Made by a program: the position numbers and the translations under genes. The notes beneath the pieces are model-generated. The model was given only the letters and a program-made list of their open reading frames with translations. It had not been told where the DNA came from and did not search any database. From an uncultured Planctomycetia bacterium (GTDB lineage Bacteria; Omnitrophota; Gorgyraeia; 2-02-FULL-51-18), in contig CAZSGP010000001.1 in NCBI GenBank assembly GCA_964606485.1, positions 161,085 through 225,084 of the forward strand: DNA of 64,000 nucleotides. The letters are read 5' to 3'. This document shows positions 1-10,167 of the stretch, in pieces. Position 1 is the stretch's first letter. The number at the start of each line of letters is the position of its first letter.

Positions 1-839
1 CTCACTTGAAAGAGTGCTTGGACTCCGCGCTGGCCGCTACTCAAGTCTATGGAGCGGACTGCCCTGTGGTGGTGGTGGATAATTGCAGCAGCGATAACGA
101 CGTCGAAGTTATTCAAAAAAATTATCCGACGGTTGAAGTATTAAAAATGCCAAAAAATGATTACTTATTTTCTTATAACCAAGCGCTAGCGTCTCGAACG
201 GAGGACGTCGTTTTTCTCTTAAATAATGACATGCGTTACGACGCAGGATTTATTGCTTTCATGATTCGTCATTTTAAGGACGAGCGTGTCTTTGCTGTAT
301 CCGCAAAGACCATGGACTGGCATGGAGAAATGGTGCTCACAGCCCGCCGCACAGCAAGCATTAAAAATTTTTGGCTCGTAAAAAAATGGGAAGAGGCTGA
401 TGCGGCCATTGAAACATTTGAGTTTTGCGGAGGCGCTTGCGCGGTTCGTCGAGCTGTATTTTTGCAGTTGGGGGGCTTTGACCGGCTTTACTACCCGGGC
501 TACTGCGAAGATACGGACTTGAGCGCGCGAGCCCACAAAGCAGGGTGGAAGATTCTTTATGAGCCCCAAGCCATTATTTACCACAAAGCCAATGCGTCCT
601 TTCAGAAGAATTTTGCGGAGCGTGAGCTTGAATGTTTGATTCGGCGCAACGAAGTTTTATTTGCTGTAAAAAATGTTGGGAGCGCTCTTTTTGCGGCGGC
701 TTATCTTTTTCTACTTCCCATTAGAGCGCTTAGAAGTTATTGGAATAAAAATCTGCCGCTCGCTATTGGAATTCTTCGAGCGGCGCCATTTTTGCTAACT
801 GCATGGTGTAAACGTTTTGAGTGTAAATATGAAAAATAA
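1..839 (+). CDS. GT2-family glycosyltransferase (5'-truncated at window edge; reading frame open to position 1)
   Basis: Translated ORF has GT2 hallmarks: VVVVDNCSSD (nucleotide-binding D.D region), LLNNDM (DxD-like), GGACAVRRAVFLQLGGFD, YCEDTDLSARA. Listed ORF 'start' at 6 is a TTG; frame continues upstream of window. Confidence 0.75.
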   Translation, partial: HLKECLDSALAATQVYGADCPVVVVDNCSSDNDVEVIQKNYPTVEVLKMPKNDYLFSYNQALASRTEDVVFLLNNDMRYDAGFIAFMIRHFKDERVFAVSAKTMDWHGEMVLTARRTASIKNFWLVKKWEEADAAIETFEFCGGACAVRRAVFLQLGGFDRLYYPGYCEDTDLSARAHKAGWKILYEPQAIIYHKANASFQKNFAERELECLIRRNEVLFAVKNVGSALFAAAYLFLLPIRALRSYWNKNLPLAIGILRAAPFLLTAWCKRFECKYEK

Positions 840-1626
840 AATACTTTCGGGCATTCGGTTTGTAAGAATGGCATTCGAATTTTCAAACCCCCTGCAACTC
901 ATTGTAGAGAAAATTATGACGCGGGGTGTTTATCTAGCTTTTCAACATCATGAATATCGTTTATTTTCCTGCGAGATTCCTTGCTGGGATAGCGTGGCTA
1001 TTCGAGAGTGCCTGGTTGAAAAAGCGTATGACACAGCAATCAAAATGGCGAAACCCGCTAAGGGTCCAGGCAGCTACATCAATATCGGAGCCAATATCGG
1101 CGCGTTTGACGTGGCCGTGTACGAACAATGGGGCCGCGATGCGCGCGGCGTTTCGGTTGAAATGAATCCGTGGACGTGCGCGCGGCTTCTCAACAATATT
1201 TGCTATAACCAGCTTCCGGTTTGCGTGATCAACGCGGCGATTGCAGGTAAACCCGGCAAGATCAAAATCAATTTAAAAGAGAGCCACTCCGGGCAGTCTA
1301 TATACGACAAAGTTTCCGCTGAAACGAATACTGAAATTGAGGCGCTAACGCTTGCCCAAATCCAGAGCCCAGTCGCCGGAAAGGATATTGATCTATTGAA
1401 GGTGGACTGCGAAGGAGCCGAGTATGAGCTTTTTTTGGCGGCAGGTGCGCAGGATTTCAAAAGATTTAAGCATATTGTCATGGAGCTTCATGCACCCCCA
1501 TCTAGCGAATACACCAAAGAACAATTGATCGAGCACATTCAAAAAACCGGCGGGTACGAATCGATGCCGCTTAAAAATTCAAAAAACTCATTAATTTTTT
1601 TCACTAAAAAAAGCAGTGCTCAGTGA
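817..1626 (+). CDS. FkbM-family SAM-dependent methyltransferase (copy 1 of 5)
   Basis: NIGANIGAFDVAVYE (glycine-rich SAM loop) and LKVDCEGAEYELF (FkbM signature C/I-EGAE); overlaps upstream gene by 23 nt. Confidence 0.8.
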   Translation: MSVNMKNKILSGIRFVRMAFEFSNPLQLIVEKIMTRGVYLAFQHHEYRLFSCEIPCWDSVAIRECLVEKAYDTAIKMAKPAKGPGSYINIGANIGAFDVAVYEQWGRDARGVSVEMNPWTCARLLNNICYNQLPVCVINAAIAGKPGKIKINLKESHSGQSIYDKVSAETNTEIEALTLAQIQSPVAGKDIDLLKVDCEGAEYELFLAAGAQDFKRFKHIVMELHAPPSSEYTKEQLIEHIQKTGGYESMPLKNSKNSLIFFTKKSSAQ

Positions 1627-2771
1627 TAGGACGGCTCTACTATTTCTATTTATTCATGATACAGGCTCTAGAGGGGCTGGTTTGGTCGGTGGTATTGAAA
1701 GTGGGGAGGCATCGCAACCATCAAGCCGTGAGTTCGTTGAGGCTTGACGGGCCTGCGAGTATTTCTCTTTTCCATCAAGGAGGAATTGGGAATGGGATTC
1801 TCTTGTCGCCCATGCTTCAGACCTTGAGAGCCGTATATCCAAAATCTAAAATCACTCTTTTTTCGTGGCAGTCGCAGGAAGGGGAATTGCTTAAAGCGGC
1901 CGGACTTGTGGATGAGACTCGCGTGGTTTCAAGATCCGGTTTTTTAAAAAAACCGCAAGATTCTTATGACCTTCTCTTTTCAGCCGCAAGAACCCATGAG
2001 GGCGATAGGGTGGTGCGTCATATTCCGGCCAAGATAAAAATTGGGTTCCGGAAGGATTCGGGTTGGTTTGGACAAGGAGCGACTTATCACCACATTTCTA
2101 TTCCTATTACCGGCCAGGAGCATGAGGCGGCTGCAGATTACCAGTTGCTTAAGCCAATCATTTCGCCGTTACCAGCGATTCCCGAAACGCTGTTACCCGC
2201 GCGCTCAGAACTTTTATCTGCTCAAGCCAAGAAAAGAGGCGCTCCGCTCCGAATAGCGATACACCCGGGTTCGGAAAAAGTATCGGATTGGAAACGAGTC
2301 CCCACTCAAAAAATGGCGGAAGCAGGATCGCAATTAATGTCGGAGCTAGACGCTGAAATTGTGATCATTGCCGGTCCCGACGAAAAAGAGGAGGCGCTCT
2401 GCATTCAAAAAAGCATCGGGCAGAAGGCTGTGTTATTTGAGAGCACTAAAAATATACTGGATACATTTAAGCTTCTGCGTTCGGTGGATGTTTTGGTCAC
2501 CAATGATAGCGGGGTGATGCATTTAGCGGCACTGGCGCAGTGCCCCATCGCGGCAATCTTTGGCCCCACAAATGCTTCGATCTCAGGACCTTGGGGAAAC
2601 TCCTCCTCAACTCGCATCGTGAGCGCATCGCTTTGCTGCAGTCCCTGTTATCGGTTTTACAGTGGCTCGCTCCATTGCATTAATTTAAACAAGCGGGATT
2701 GTTTGGAAAAGATTTCTGCATCGCAAATTGTGAATGCTGTTAAAGATTTACTAGGGTTTTCAAAACAGTGA
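1623..2771 (+). CDS. GT9-family glycosyltransferase (heptosyltransferase-like)
   Basis: IAIHPGSEKVSDWKRVPTQKMAE... and C-terminal VLVTNDSGVMHLAALAQCPIAAIFGPT, which is the classic GT9 motif. GTG start in GTGA overlap with the upstream stop. Confidence 0.8.
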   Translation: MIGRLYYFYLFMIQALEGLVWSVVLKVGRHRNHQAVSSLRLDGPASISLFHQGGIGNGILLSPMLQTLRAVYPKSKITLFSWQSQEGELLKAAGLVDETRVVSRSGFLKKPQDSYDLLFSAARTHEGDRVVRHIPAKIKIGFRKDSGWFGQGATYHHISIPITGQEHEAAADYQLLKPIISPLPAIPETLLPARSELLSAQAKKRGAPLRIAIHPGSEKVSDWKRVPTQKMAEAGSQLMSELDAEIVIIAGPDEKEEALCIQKSIGQKAVLFESTKNILDTFKLLRSVDVLVTNDSGVMHLAALAQCPIAAIFGPTNASISGPWGNSSSTRIVSASLCCSPCYRFYSGSLHCINLNKRDCLEKISASQIVNAVKDLLGFSKQ

Positions 2772-3868
2772 ATCGATTAAAATTTATTCCCGCGTTGATT
2801 AAAATCGGGAGATGTCCTAATCCTCGAGATTTTGAAGAGAGTTCTGCCAGTTTACTAAAATGGATTCATTTGGCATTTGAAAAGAGTGGACAAGCGGGCG
2901 CTTCGTCTGGCTATCATTTGTCGGAGGGTTGGGGGAAGCCGTATCCGGAAATCACGGGCTATCTCATACCAACTCTGTTGGATTACCAGGAAATTGAGCT
3001 CGCAAAAAAAGCCGGCGCGTGGCTTGCTTCCGTGCGTTTTGAAAACGGGTCTGTTTGCCGCAAAGAATGGGAGCCGTCCAATAAAGTGCCAAGCGTTTTT
3101 AATACAGCACAGGTGATCAAAGGTTGGTGCGCGCTTTATGCGCAGACCGGAAACCCAATGTGGCTAAATGAAGCCAAAAAGTCTGCAGACTGGCTTTTGT
3201 CTTTGCAAAATGATGACGGAGTCTGGACCGAGCATACTTTTAATTCAGCGCCCCGTACTTATTATGCGTATGCTGCGAGCGCATTGGCGCTGCTCTGGAA
3301 ATTGAGCGGCAAAGCGGAGTATGCGCACAGCTCCAAAAAAAAGCTGAACTGGGTTTTGTCGCAGCAAGACAAAGACGGATGGTTTAAAAAAGCGGGTTTT
3401 AATGACGCGGAGCTGCCCAGCACGCACACCGCTGGTTATGTGCTGGAAGGATTGTTGGACGCAGGAGAAATTTTAAACGAAAACCGATATTTATTTAACA
3501 GTGAGATCGCGGCCTTTCGCTTGCTGGATGTTTATAACAAAAAAGGATTTCTTCCTGGGGTTATGGCTGCGGGATGGACCTCTAAAAGCAAGTCCCGCTG
3601 TTTAACGGGCGACGCTCAAATGGGGTTGGTGTGGGCAAAACTTGCCCTCAAGACCGGAGACCGCCGCTTTTTACAGGGAGCTACTCAAATAGCCAATGAC
3701 CTTCGAAAAACGCAGCGTATTCTTCCGGATTGGCCGCAGGTTTCAGGGGCCATTCAGGGTTCAGAGCCGCATTGGGGTGATTATGATGCGTTTCGATACC
3801 CAACACACGCATCTAAATTTATGCTGGATCTGCTCTTTAAGCTAAAAGCTTTGGAGAAAAAAAATTAA
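2768..3868 (+). CDS. alpha/alpha-toroid-like protein with QxxDGxW (QW-type) repeats (terpene-cyclase/prenyltransferase-like or AGE/GH-like fold), function unknown
   Basis: Repeated LQNDDGVWTE, SQQDKDGWFK motifs and hydrophobic/aromatic helical-hairpin spacing. No GT or MTase motifs. GTG start in GTGA overlap. Confidence 0.35.
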   Translation: MNRLKFIPALIKIGRCPNPRDFEESSASLLKWIHLAFEKSGQAGASSGYHLSEGWGKPYPEITGYLIPTLLDYQEIELAKKAGAWLASVRFENGSVCRKEWEPSNKVPSVFNTAQVIKGWCALYAQTGNPMWLNEAKKSADWLLSLQNDDGVWTEHTFNSAPRTYYAYAASALALLWKLSGKAEYAHSSKKKLNWVLSQQDKDGWFKKAGFNDAELPSTHTAGYVLEGLLDAGEILNENRYLFNSEIAAFRLLDVYNKKGFLPGVMAAGWTSKSKSRCLTGDAQMGLVWAKLALKTGDRRFLQGATQIANDLRKTQRILPDWPQVSGAIQGSEPHWGDYDAFRYPTHASKFMLDLLFKLKALEKKN

Positions 3869-3869
3869 A

Positions 3870-5228
3870 ATGAGAGTTTTATTTTTAGCGTTTGAATTTC
3901 CGCCGCTTTTGTCCGGAGGCGTTCACCGCGCAGTGAATTTAGCACAGCTCTTGCCCAAAAGGGGAGTCGAACTTCACGTTATCACCGCGAGAAGCGAGGA
4001 TTACCCCGCGTGGTCTAGTGCTTCGCTAGATACCCAACTCTTGGAAAGAATACCTCCGCAAGTTACGGTTCATCGTGTTCCTTACGGATTTCCGTCATGG
4101 TACTGGAAGGCCATCAAAAACCCAGTCTCAGACTATTTGCTGCGATGGATTTTTTTAGGGGACCCGCTTTCATTTTTTTGGAGAAAGCCGCTTTTAGAGA
4201 CGCTCGACCGATTAACCACTGAAAAAAAATTTGATGTTCTGCTTGCGACCGCACCTCCATTTGGCATTGCCAGTCTTGCCCGCACAGTGGCCAGGCGGTA
4301 TAAACTGCCCTGGGTGATGGACTGGCGCGATCCCTGGAGTCTTTGGCTGAGCAATCCCTTTACGTCGTATTTGCATTATCAGGCCGTGCGCGCGGCGGAG
4401 AACCGTTGCTTTGAAGAGGCTTGTTTCTCGGTGGCAACGTCTCCGGTGACGCGTCAGCATTGGACGCACTATTTTCCTAAGGCAGATGCCGAGAAGATGA
4501 AAGTTGTTTACAATGGTTTTGATTCGGATGATTTGAAGCGAGCGCTTGAAAATTTAAAACCCACTTCGTCAGAAAAAACACGCATTGTTCACGCCGGCAG
4601 TTTTTATTACCAGCCAAAGCCCGCTAAAAAAAAATGGCCGCACCAATTTCTGCACTACACGCCGCGGCACGAGGACTGGCTTTACCGTTCACCCTATTTT
4701 TTCTTGAAAGGATTGAGGCACCTTTTAGACCAAAAGCCTTTTTATGCGCAACAATTGGAAATTATTTTTGCGGGCCAAACGCCAAACTGGCTGATGCAGA
4801 TGATTAGCGATTTTAAATTGGGGGAAACCGTGCGTTTAATCGGCCCTTTACACCATCATGAGGCCATAGCGCTTGAGAAGGGGGCTGATGCCCTGCTTCT
4901 CACCGGAGCCAAAGTTCCTGGGGGAGATTACAGCATAGCGGGAAAAACGTTTGAATATTTTGGACTTCAAAAAAGAATTCTGGCAGTTGTAACGGACGGC
5001 GCGATGAAAGATTTGGTTGTTCAATCGGGTTTAGGTTCGATAGCAAGCCCCGATGACAGTCAAGCCGTTGCTGATGCAATCGAGTACCAAATTAAAAATA
5101 AAAATAAAATTCTGGTCTTAACACAGACTCAACAAGAATTTATTGCTTCAATGAGTGCTGACGCGATGGCCGATAAGATGGCTGATCTTTTATGCCGAGC
5201 GGCTAGGCAAGAAGGAGTGCGGGCATGA
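3870..5228 (+). CDS. GT-B fold glycosyltransferase (GT4-like N-terminal domain)
   Basis: N-terminus MRVLFLAFEFPPLLSGGVHRAVNLAQLL (typical GT4 N-domain 'F.P..GG'); Rossmann-like C-terminal half. Confidence 0.6.
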   Translation: MRVLFLAFEFPPLLSGGVHRAVNLAQLLPKRGVELHVITARSEDYPAWSSASLDTQLLERIPPQVTVHRVPYGFPSWYWKAIKNPVSDYLLRWIFLGDPLSFFWRKPLLETLDRLTTEKKFDVLLATAPPFGIASLARTVARRYKLPWVMDWRDPWSLWLSNPFTSYLHYQAVRAAENRCFEEACFSVATSPVTRQHWTHYFPKADAEKMKVVYNGFDSDDLKRALENLKPTSSEKTRIVHAGSFYYQPKPAKKKWPHQFLHYTPRHEDWLYRSPYFFLKGLRHLLDQKPFYAQQLEIIFAGQTPNWLMQMISDFKLGETVRLIGPLHHHEAIALEKGADALLLTGAKVPGGDYSIAGKTFEYFGLQKRILAVVTDGAMKDLVVQSGLGSIASPDDSQAVADAIEYQIKNKNKILVLTQTQQEFIASMSADAMADKMADLLCRAARQEGVRA

Positions 5229-6055
5229 AAAAATGGTTAGCCGAAAATAAGGCCTTAGCGCTGGCACGTTTATTGCCGGCGGGCATTCGAAGGAGACTGC
5301 TTCCGCGGTACCCACTAGAAAAATCAGTTATCTCGTCTGCTTTGCCGGACGGAGGGAAGCTAAAATTTTTTTACGACGAGTCGGACGTATTGCAGTCCAT
5401 GGTTTGGGGCAAAGGTTATGAAACTGAAACGGCTGATTTTATCTTTGAAAAAAGTAAGTCCGCGAGGGTGATGATAGATGTGGGCGCCAATGTTGGTTAC
5501 CACAGCTTGCTAGGCGCGTTATCCTCTAGAGAGATTCAGCTATTTTCGTTTGAGCCACATCCGGCGTTGTTCGCAAGGCTCGTTGAAAACATTGCACTGA
5601 ATGGTCTGGAGAGCCGTGTGCACGCTTGCTGTTGTGCGGTCAGTCATGAAGAGGGGGAGACGCAGTTGTATGCTCCAAAAAGCAAAATTTTATCAGAGAC
5701 TTCTATTGTAAAAGAATTTCGCAGCGATGCAGAGGTGATGAATTGTCGTGCTCAGTCGCTAGATCGATTTGTTGAGGAAAATAAAATTAGCGGGACGGAT
5801 TTAGTCAAAATTGATGTCGAAGGAGCCGAGGGTTTGGTTCTAAAAGGCATGCGATCTCTAATGAAAAAGGAGAAGCCAGACATTATTTGTGAAGTCCTTC
5901 CGGGCCGCTTTGCCCCAGAAACGCAGAGCCTATTAGAAGAATACGGTTACCGGTTCTATTGGATTACGGGGTCAGGCCTTGTAAGTAAGCAGACTATCGA
6001 GGGGGATAGAAATTATCGGTATCAAAACTTTTTTTTTACGACAAAACATCTTTAG
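5225..6055 (+). CDS. FkbM-family methyltransferase (copy 2)
   Basis: IDVGANVGYHSL and VKIDVEGAEGLVL motifs; ATGA overlap with upstream gene. Confidence 0.8.
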   Translation: MKKWLAENKALALARLLPAGIRRRLLPRYPLEKSVISSALPDGGKLKFFYDESDVLQSMVWGKGYETETADFIFEKSKSARVMIDVGANVGYHSLLGALSSREIQLFSFEPHPALFARLVENIALNGLESRVHACCCAVSHEEGETQLYAPKSKILSETSIVKEFRSDAEVMNCRAQSLDRFVEENKISGTDLVKIDVEGAEGLVLKGMRSLMKKEKPDIICEVLPGRFAPETQSLLEEYGYRFYWITGSGLVSKQTIEGDRNYRYQNFFFTTKHL

Positions 6056-6079
6056 TTTGGTTGGGTTGAGGAGATCAGC

Positions 6080-7630
6080 ATGAATCAAAGGAGTGAACGG
6101 GGTTGGCTGCTAGGGATCTTCGTTTTAGCAGTTGCATTGCGATGGGTGGCGTTTTCCGGGGTTTTTGGGTCCGATGATCTCATTTTCTCGAAGCTTGCCA
6201 CCAAAATGGCCAGCGGTTCCTGGAAAGCGGTGGATCCAAGTGATAGCCCTATTATGAAAAACCGCCTTGGATTTATCGTGCCGGTGGCGGCATCCATAAA
6301 ATGGATAGGCGTTAATGAATGGGGGATTTCGTTCTACCCATTTTTAGTCTCAATTCTGGGGGTTCTCCTAGCGTTTGTAGCCGGAAAATCTTTTTTTGGA
6401 CCAAAAGCCGGATTGATTGCAGCGCTGCTTCAGGCGCTACTTCCGATTGATTTGCAGTTAGCCAGTCAGTGCTTGTCAGATTTGCCCGCAGCTTTTTATT
6501 CCAGTATAGGAATTTTTCTAATGTACCGTGCGTGCGTGAGTGCTTCGCGTCAAAAAATACTAAGCGCTCTAGCGGGAATGAGTTTTGGAATCTCGTACTT
6601 AAACCGAGAGAACGTGGTTTATATGATTCCGTTGGCCGCAGGGATGCTGTATTGGGCTTGGAGGCTCGGACGAAAGAACGTCATTTTCTTTTTTATCGCC
6701 GCATTCGGCGCCGTCGGACTTTTGGAAGCGACGTATTATCACTGTTTCACCGGGGATGCTTTTTATCGCTATCACGTTACGGAAAATGTTTATTTTGCAC
6801 GCTACTCCGACCCTTCCGCTAAGTTTGACCCTAGTCGGCCCACACACGGATTTTTCTTTTTTCCAAAAAGAAGCGAATTTACCGGTAGCAGCGCGCAGTA
6901 TTTCATGATTCTAGCTAAGCGCATTTTTAAAGAGGGGCCGCAGCAAATATTCATGAGCTGGGACTATATATACATTCCTTTGGTCGCCGCGATCGGTGCT
7001 TTTTATGCAGGTTTTCGTCGGTTAAAGCCATTTTATTTTCCAGTGATTTGGTTTATTTGGTCCGTTGCAGTTTATAATTTTGGTTCTAGTAGTTTGAAGG
7101 AATATCAACCATTAGCTGTGGCGCCGCGTTATTTTTACCCGCTAGTTTTTCCAGCCATTCTTTTAACGGGTGGTTTTTTGGATAGGCTTTTTTCGCGTGG
7201 GTCGATTTTGGATTCCGACTGGCGTAAAGAGCGTTTCTTCTGGGGAACTCTTTTAGGCGGTCTGATGTGTTGTGTATTTAGCTTGGCCTTTATTTCTACT
7301 CTGCGGTCGGTGCCATACGGGCAATTTGAAAAAAAAGTGAGCAAGGTTTTAAAACCTTCCGACCTGATTTACACAGACTCTAAATCGCCGGACACACTTG
7401 AATTTTTTTGGGGTTATCCGTCTAAAATGAATTTTTTTGAATTTTCAAAACAAAGCTCGGAAAGCATTCCCGAGGGCGCTTATATTTTAATCAACGAGAA
7501 TAAGCTCGCTTATTTATATGGGTACTATCGAAAGTCATACCCTGAATTTTACGGGAAGATTCCTTTGGATTGGAAAGTAATTTTAGAAATACCCGGTAAA
7601 GGCGCAGTCTACAAAAAAGGGAGCGTTTAA
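6080..7630 (+). CDS. Polytopic GT-C glycosyltransferase, GT39/GT83-like (PMT/ArnT family; uses polyprenyl-phosphate-sugar donors)
   Basis: N-terminal RGWLLGIFVLAVALRWVAFSGVFGSDDLIFSKLA (first TM plus DD/DE loop typical of PMT/ArnT-type GT-C); ~11 predicted hydrophobic segments. Good SD (GAGGAG) 7 nt upstream of the ATG. Confidence 0.65.
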   Translation: MNQRSERGWLLGIFVLAVALRWVAFSGVFGSDDLIFSKLATKMASGSWKAVDPSDSPIMKNRLGFIVPVAASIKWIGVNEWGISFYPFLVSILGVLLAFVAGKSFFGPKAGLIAALLQALLPIDLQLASQCLSDLPAAFYSSIGIFLMYRACVSASRQKILSALAGMSFGISYLNRENVVYMIPLAAGMLYWAWRLGRKNVIFFFIAAFGAVGLLEATYYHCFTGDAFYRYHVTENVYFARYSDPSAKFDPSRPTHGFFFFPKRSEFTGSSAQYFMILAKRIFKEGPQQIFMSWDYIYIPLVAAIGAFYAGFRRLKPFYFPVIWFIWSVAVYNFGSSSLKEYQPLAVAPRYFYPLVFPAILLTGGFLDRLFSRGSILDSDWRKERFFWGTLLGGLMCCVFSLAFISTLRSVPYGQFEKKVSKVLKPSDLIYTDSKSPDTLEFFWGYPSKMNFFEFSKQSSESIPEGAYILINENKLAYLYGYYRKSYPEFYGKIPLDWKVILEIPGKGAVYKKGSV

Positions 7631-8319
7631 TGAGCCAGGATAACTACAGCCGCAGTGTGCAAACCTGTTTAGATTGCGGCGTCGGTGTATTTGACCCGGA
7701 TCGAGATAGGGTGTGGAAAGTCATTTGCCGTTATTTACAGCCTTATGTTCCCGCGAGCGGAAGCGTGCTGGATTTGGGTGCAGGGTACTGCTCATTCATC
7801 AATAATATTGCCGCAAAAGATAAACATGCCATGGATTTATATGCAGGTTTCACGACTCATGCGGCCCAGGGTGTTCGGACCAGAGTGGGTAGCTGTGAAG
7901 ATCTAAACGCATACGCATCCGAGAGTATGGATGTAATTTTTGCCAGTAATTTAGTTGAGCATTTGCACAAAGACGAAATTGACCGGATGTTTGACAGTGT
8001 TTTAAAAGTTCTCAAACCCGGAGGGCGCTTGATACTGATTCAACCGAATTTCAAATACAGTTACCGGGAATATTTCGATAATTACACGCATGTTTCAATT
8101 TTTACCGAAGTGTCGCTCGCGGATTTCTTGATTGTCAAAGGTTTTGAGATTGAAAAAATAGAGGCCAGGTTTTTGCCGACCAAAATGAAAAGCCGGTTTC
8201 CAAAGTGGCCGTGGCTTGTGGCGCTTTATCTAGGGTTGCCGGTTCGACCCTTTGCCGGGCAAATGCTTGTGATCGCCAAAAAATCTAAATCTGGGAGCGC
8301 ATCGCATGTGGAACGGTAA
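7630..8319 (+). CDS. Class I SAM-dependent methyltransferase
   Basis: VLDLGAGYCSF (motif I) and LKPGGRLILIQPN (post-I/II region). Confidence 0.7.
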   Translation: MSQDNYSRSVQTCLDCGVGVFDPDRDRVWKVICRYLQPYVPASGSVLDLGAGYCSFINNIAAKDKHAMDLYAGFTTHAAQGVRTRVGSCEDLNAYASESMDVIFASNLVEHLHKDEIDRMFDSVLKVLKPGGRLILIQPNFKYSYREYFDNYTHVSIFTEVSLADFLIVKGFEIEKIEARFLPTKMKSRFPKWPWLVALYLGLPVRPFAGQMLVIAKKSKSGSASHVER

Positions 8320-9061
8320 AAAAGTATCAGTCGCGCTGCCCACTTACAACGAAGCGCTTTCAATTGAAGAAGCGATTAACGGATTTTTTAAGACCGGAGT
8401 GGTGGATGAAGTAATTGTGTGCAACAACAACGCCGCAGCCGGCACCTCTGAGGCTGTCGCAAAGACTAAGGCTAGAGAAGTGTTTGAAAGCCGCCAAGGG
8501 TATGGTTGGTCTTGTCGAAAGGCGATGAGCGAAGCGACCGGCGACATTCTGATCTTATCGGAGCCGGATGGATCATTTGACCCGCAAGATGTGTTCAAAT
8601 TGCTAGCCTACTCGGAGGATTTTGATGTGGTGCTTGGAAGCCGCACCAAACGAGAGCTGATCTGGACCGGAGCCAATATGGGATGGTTTATGAAATGGGG
8701 CAACTGGGCGGTAGCAAAATACGTGGAGTTTTCATTCAACACCACCTCGCTGACGGATGTGGGTTGCACCATGCGTTTGATGAACCGAAAAGTTTACGAC
8801 GCCATTCAAGATCGTTTTACGGTGGGAGGGTCTCACTTTGGGCCGGAGCTCATGCTTTTGTGCATCTGGACAAAAGCGCCGCTCATCGAAATTCCGCTTA
8901 ATTACAAGCGTCGCGTCGGAAAAAGCATGGTGACGGGAAATCGCTGGGTGGCCTTTTTGCTGGGACTCGAGATGATTTATTTTATCACTGTGTTTCATAT
9001 CAAGAAAATGGTGGGGATTATCCCAAAATTTAAATATCGGTTTGAAAAACATCACCCATGA
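8306..9061 (+). CDS. GT2 polyprenyl-phosphate sugar synthase (DPM1/GtrB/ArnC-like)
   Basis: KVSVALPTYNEALSIEEAI, ILILSEPDGSFDPQD (DxD), C-terminal hydrophobic tail. Sits immediately after the GT-C gene, which is the usual donor-synthase/transferase pairing. Confidence 0.7.
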   Translation: MWNGKKVSVALPTYNEALSIEEAINGFFKTGVVDEVIVCNNNAAAGTSEAVAKTKAREVFESRQGYGWSCRKAMSEATGDILILSEPDGSFDPQDVFKLLAYSEDFDVVLGSRTKRELIWTGANMGWFMKWGNWAVAKYVEFSFNTTSLTDVGCTMRLMNRKVYDAIQDRFTVGGSHFGPELMLLCIWTKAPLIEIPLNYKRRVGKSMVTGNRWVAFLLGLEMIYFITVFHIKKMVGIIPKFKYRFEKHHP

Positions 9062-10167
9062 TTAAAAAGAAATCAAAAAAAATCTTTGTTGTCTCGGGAG
9101 CAAGGCCCAATTTTATTAAGATTAATCTGCTGATGCGGCAGATGAGACAAGTGCGTGAGTGGGATGTGAAGCTTGTGCACACCGGACAGCATTATGATTT
9201 TCAAATGTCGGATGTTTTCTTTAAAGAACTAAAAATTGCAACGCCTGATTTTCATTTGGGCGTCAAAGGTGGGACTCACGCGACTCAGACGGCCGAGATT
9301 ATGACCGCATTTGAAGCGCTTGTGATTCGAGAGAAGCCGTCACTGGTCGTTGTGGTGGGAGATGTCAATTCGACGCTCGCTTGCGCGCTAGTCTGTGCGA
9401 AGATTGGAGTGCGGATAGCGCATGTCGAAGCGGGTTTGCGGAGTTTTGACCGTACGATGCCTGAGGAGATAAACCGTATTGTCACCGACCAATTGTCTGA
9501 TCTTTGCTTTGTTTCCGAGCCTAGCGGGTTAAAAAATTTAAAAAAAGAAGGAATTTCTCCCAAAAAAATATTTTGGGTGGGCAATACGATGATCGACACG
9601 CTCGTGGATAGCCGGCCGCTCTTTCAAGCGTCGTCTATTTTAAAGAAGCTCACACTCAAAGCTCAGTCTTATGCAGTGACGACGCTTCACCGGCCAAGCA
9701 ACGTGGACTGCGTTCAATCGCTTGAGGAAATTTATGAGGTATTGTCCGCCGCATGCCGGCGCTTGCCGGTGGTGTACCCCATTCATCCGCGTTCGAAGCA
9801 AAATTTAATTCGACACGGCCTGTTTCAGAAGTTTTTGAAATTAAAAAATTTACAAATGATAGACCCGCTCGGATATGTGGATTTCATGACACTCGTTTCA
9901 GGATGCCGCTTTGTCTTAACAGATTCAGGCGGCGTTCAAGAAGAAACAACTTTTTTGAAAATTCCTTGTTTAACCATGCGCGAAAACACCGAGCGTCCCA
10001 TCACCACTCAGATCGGGACCAACGTATTGGTGGGGCGTCATTTGGGGCGCATACAAAATGAAATAAAGCGGATTTTAAGTCAAAAAAAAGTTAAAGGGCA
10101 GATTCCGCGCTATTGGGACGGATTGGCCTGTAAACGCATTGTGAGCGTTCTTAAAAAAAATAGATGA
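9058..10167 (+). CDS. wecB: UDP-N-acetylglucosamine 2-epimerase (non-hydrolysing)
   Basis: KIFVVSGARPNFIKINLLM, VHTGQHYDFQMSDVFF, VVVGDVNSTLACAL, HVEAGLRSFD. These are canonical WecB/MnaA motifs. Confidence 0.85.
   Translation: MIKKKSKKIFVVSGARPNFIKINLLMRQMRQVREWDVKLVHTGQHYDFQMSDVFFKELKIATPDFHLGVKGGTHATQTAEIMTAFEALVIREKPSLVVVVGDVNSTLACALVCAKIGVRIAHVEAGLRSFDRTMPEEINRIVTDQLSDLCFVSEPSGLKNLKKEGISPKKIFWVGNTMIDTLVDSRPLFQASSILKKLTLKAQSYAVTTLHRPSNVDCVQSLEEIYEVLSAACRRLPVVYPIHPRSKQNLIRHGLFQKFLKLKNLQMIDPLGYVDFMTLVSGCRFVLTDSGGVQEETTFLKIPCLTMRENTERPITTQIGTNVLVGRHLGRIQNEIKRILSQKKVKGQIPRYWDGLACKRIVSVLKKNR

Noticed and set aside
950-1165. Small + strand ORFs nested in other frames of annotated genes (950-1165, 2041-2256, 2877-3116, 6469-6822, 7685-7906, 17423-17740, 19521-19769, 28686-28931 and others)
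   Set aside because: They are fully embedded in longer motif-bearing genes and carry no signals of their own.
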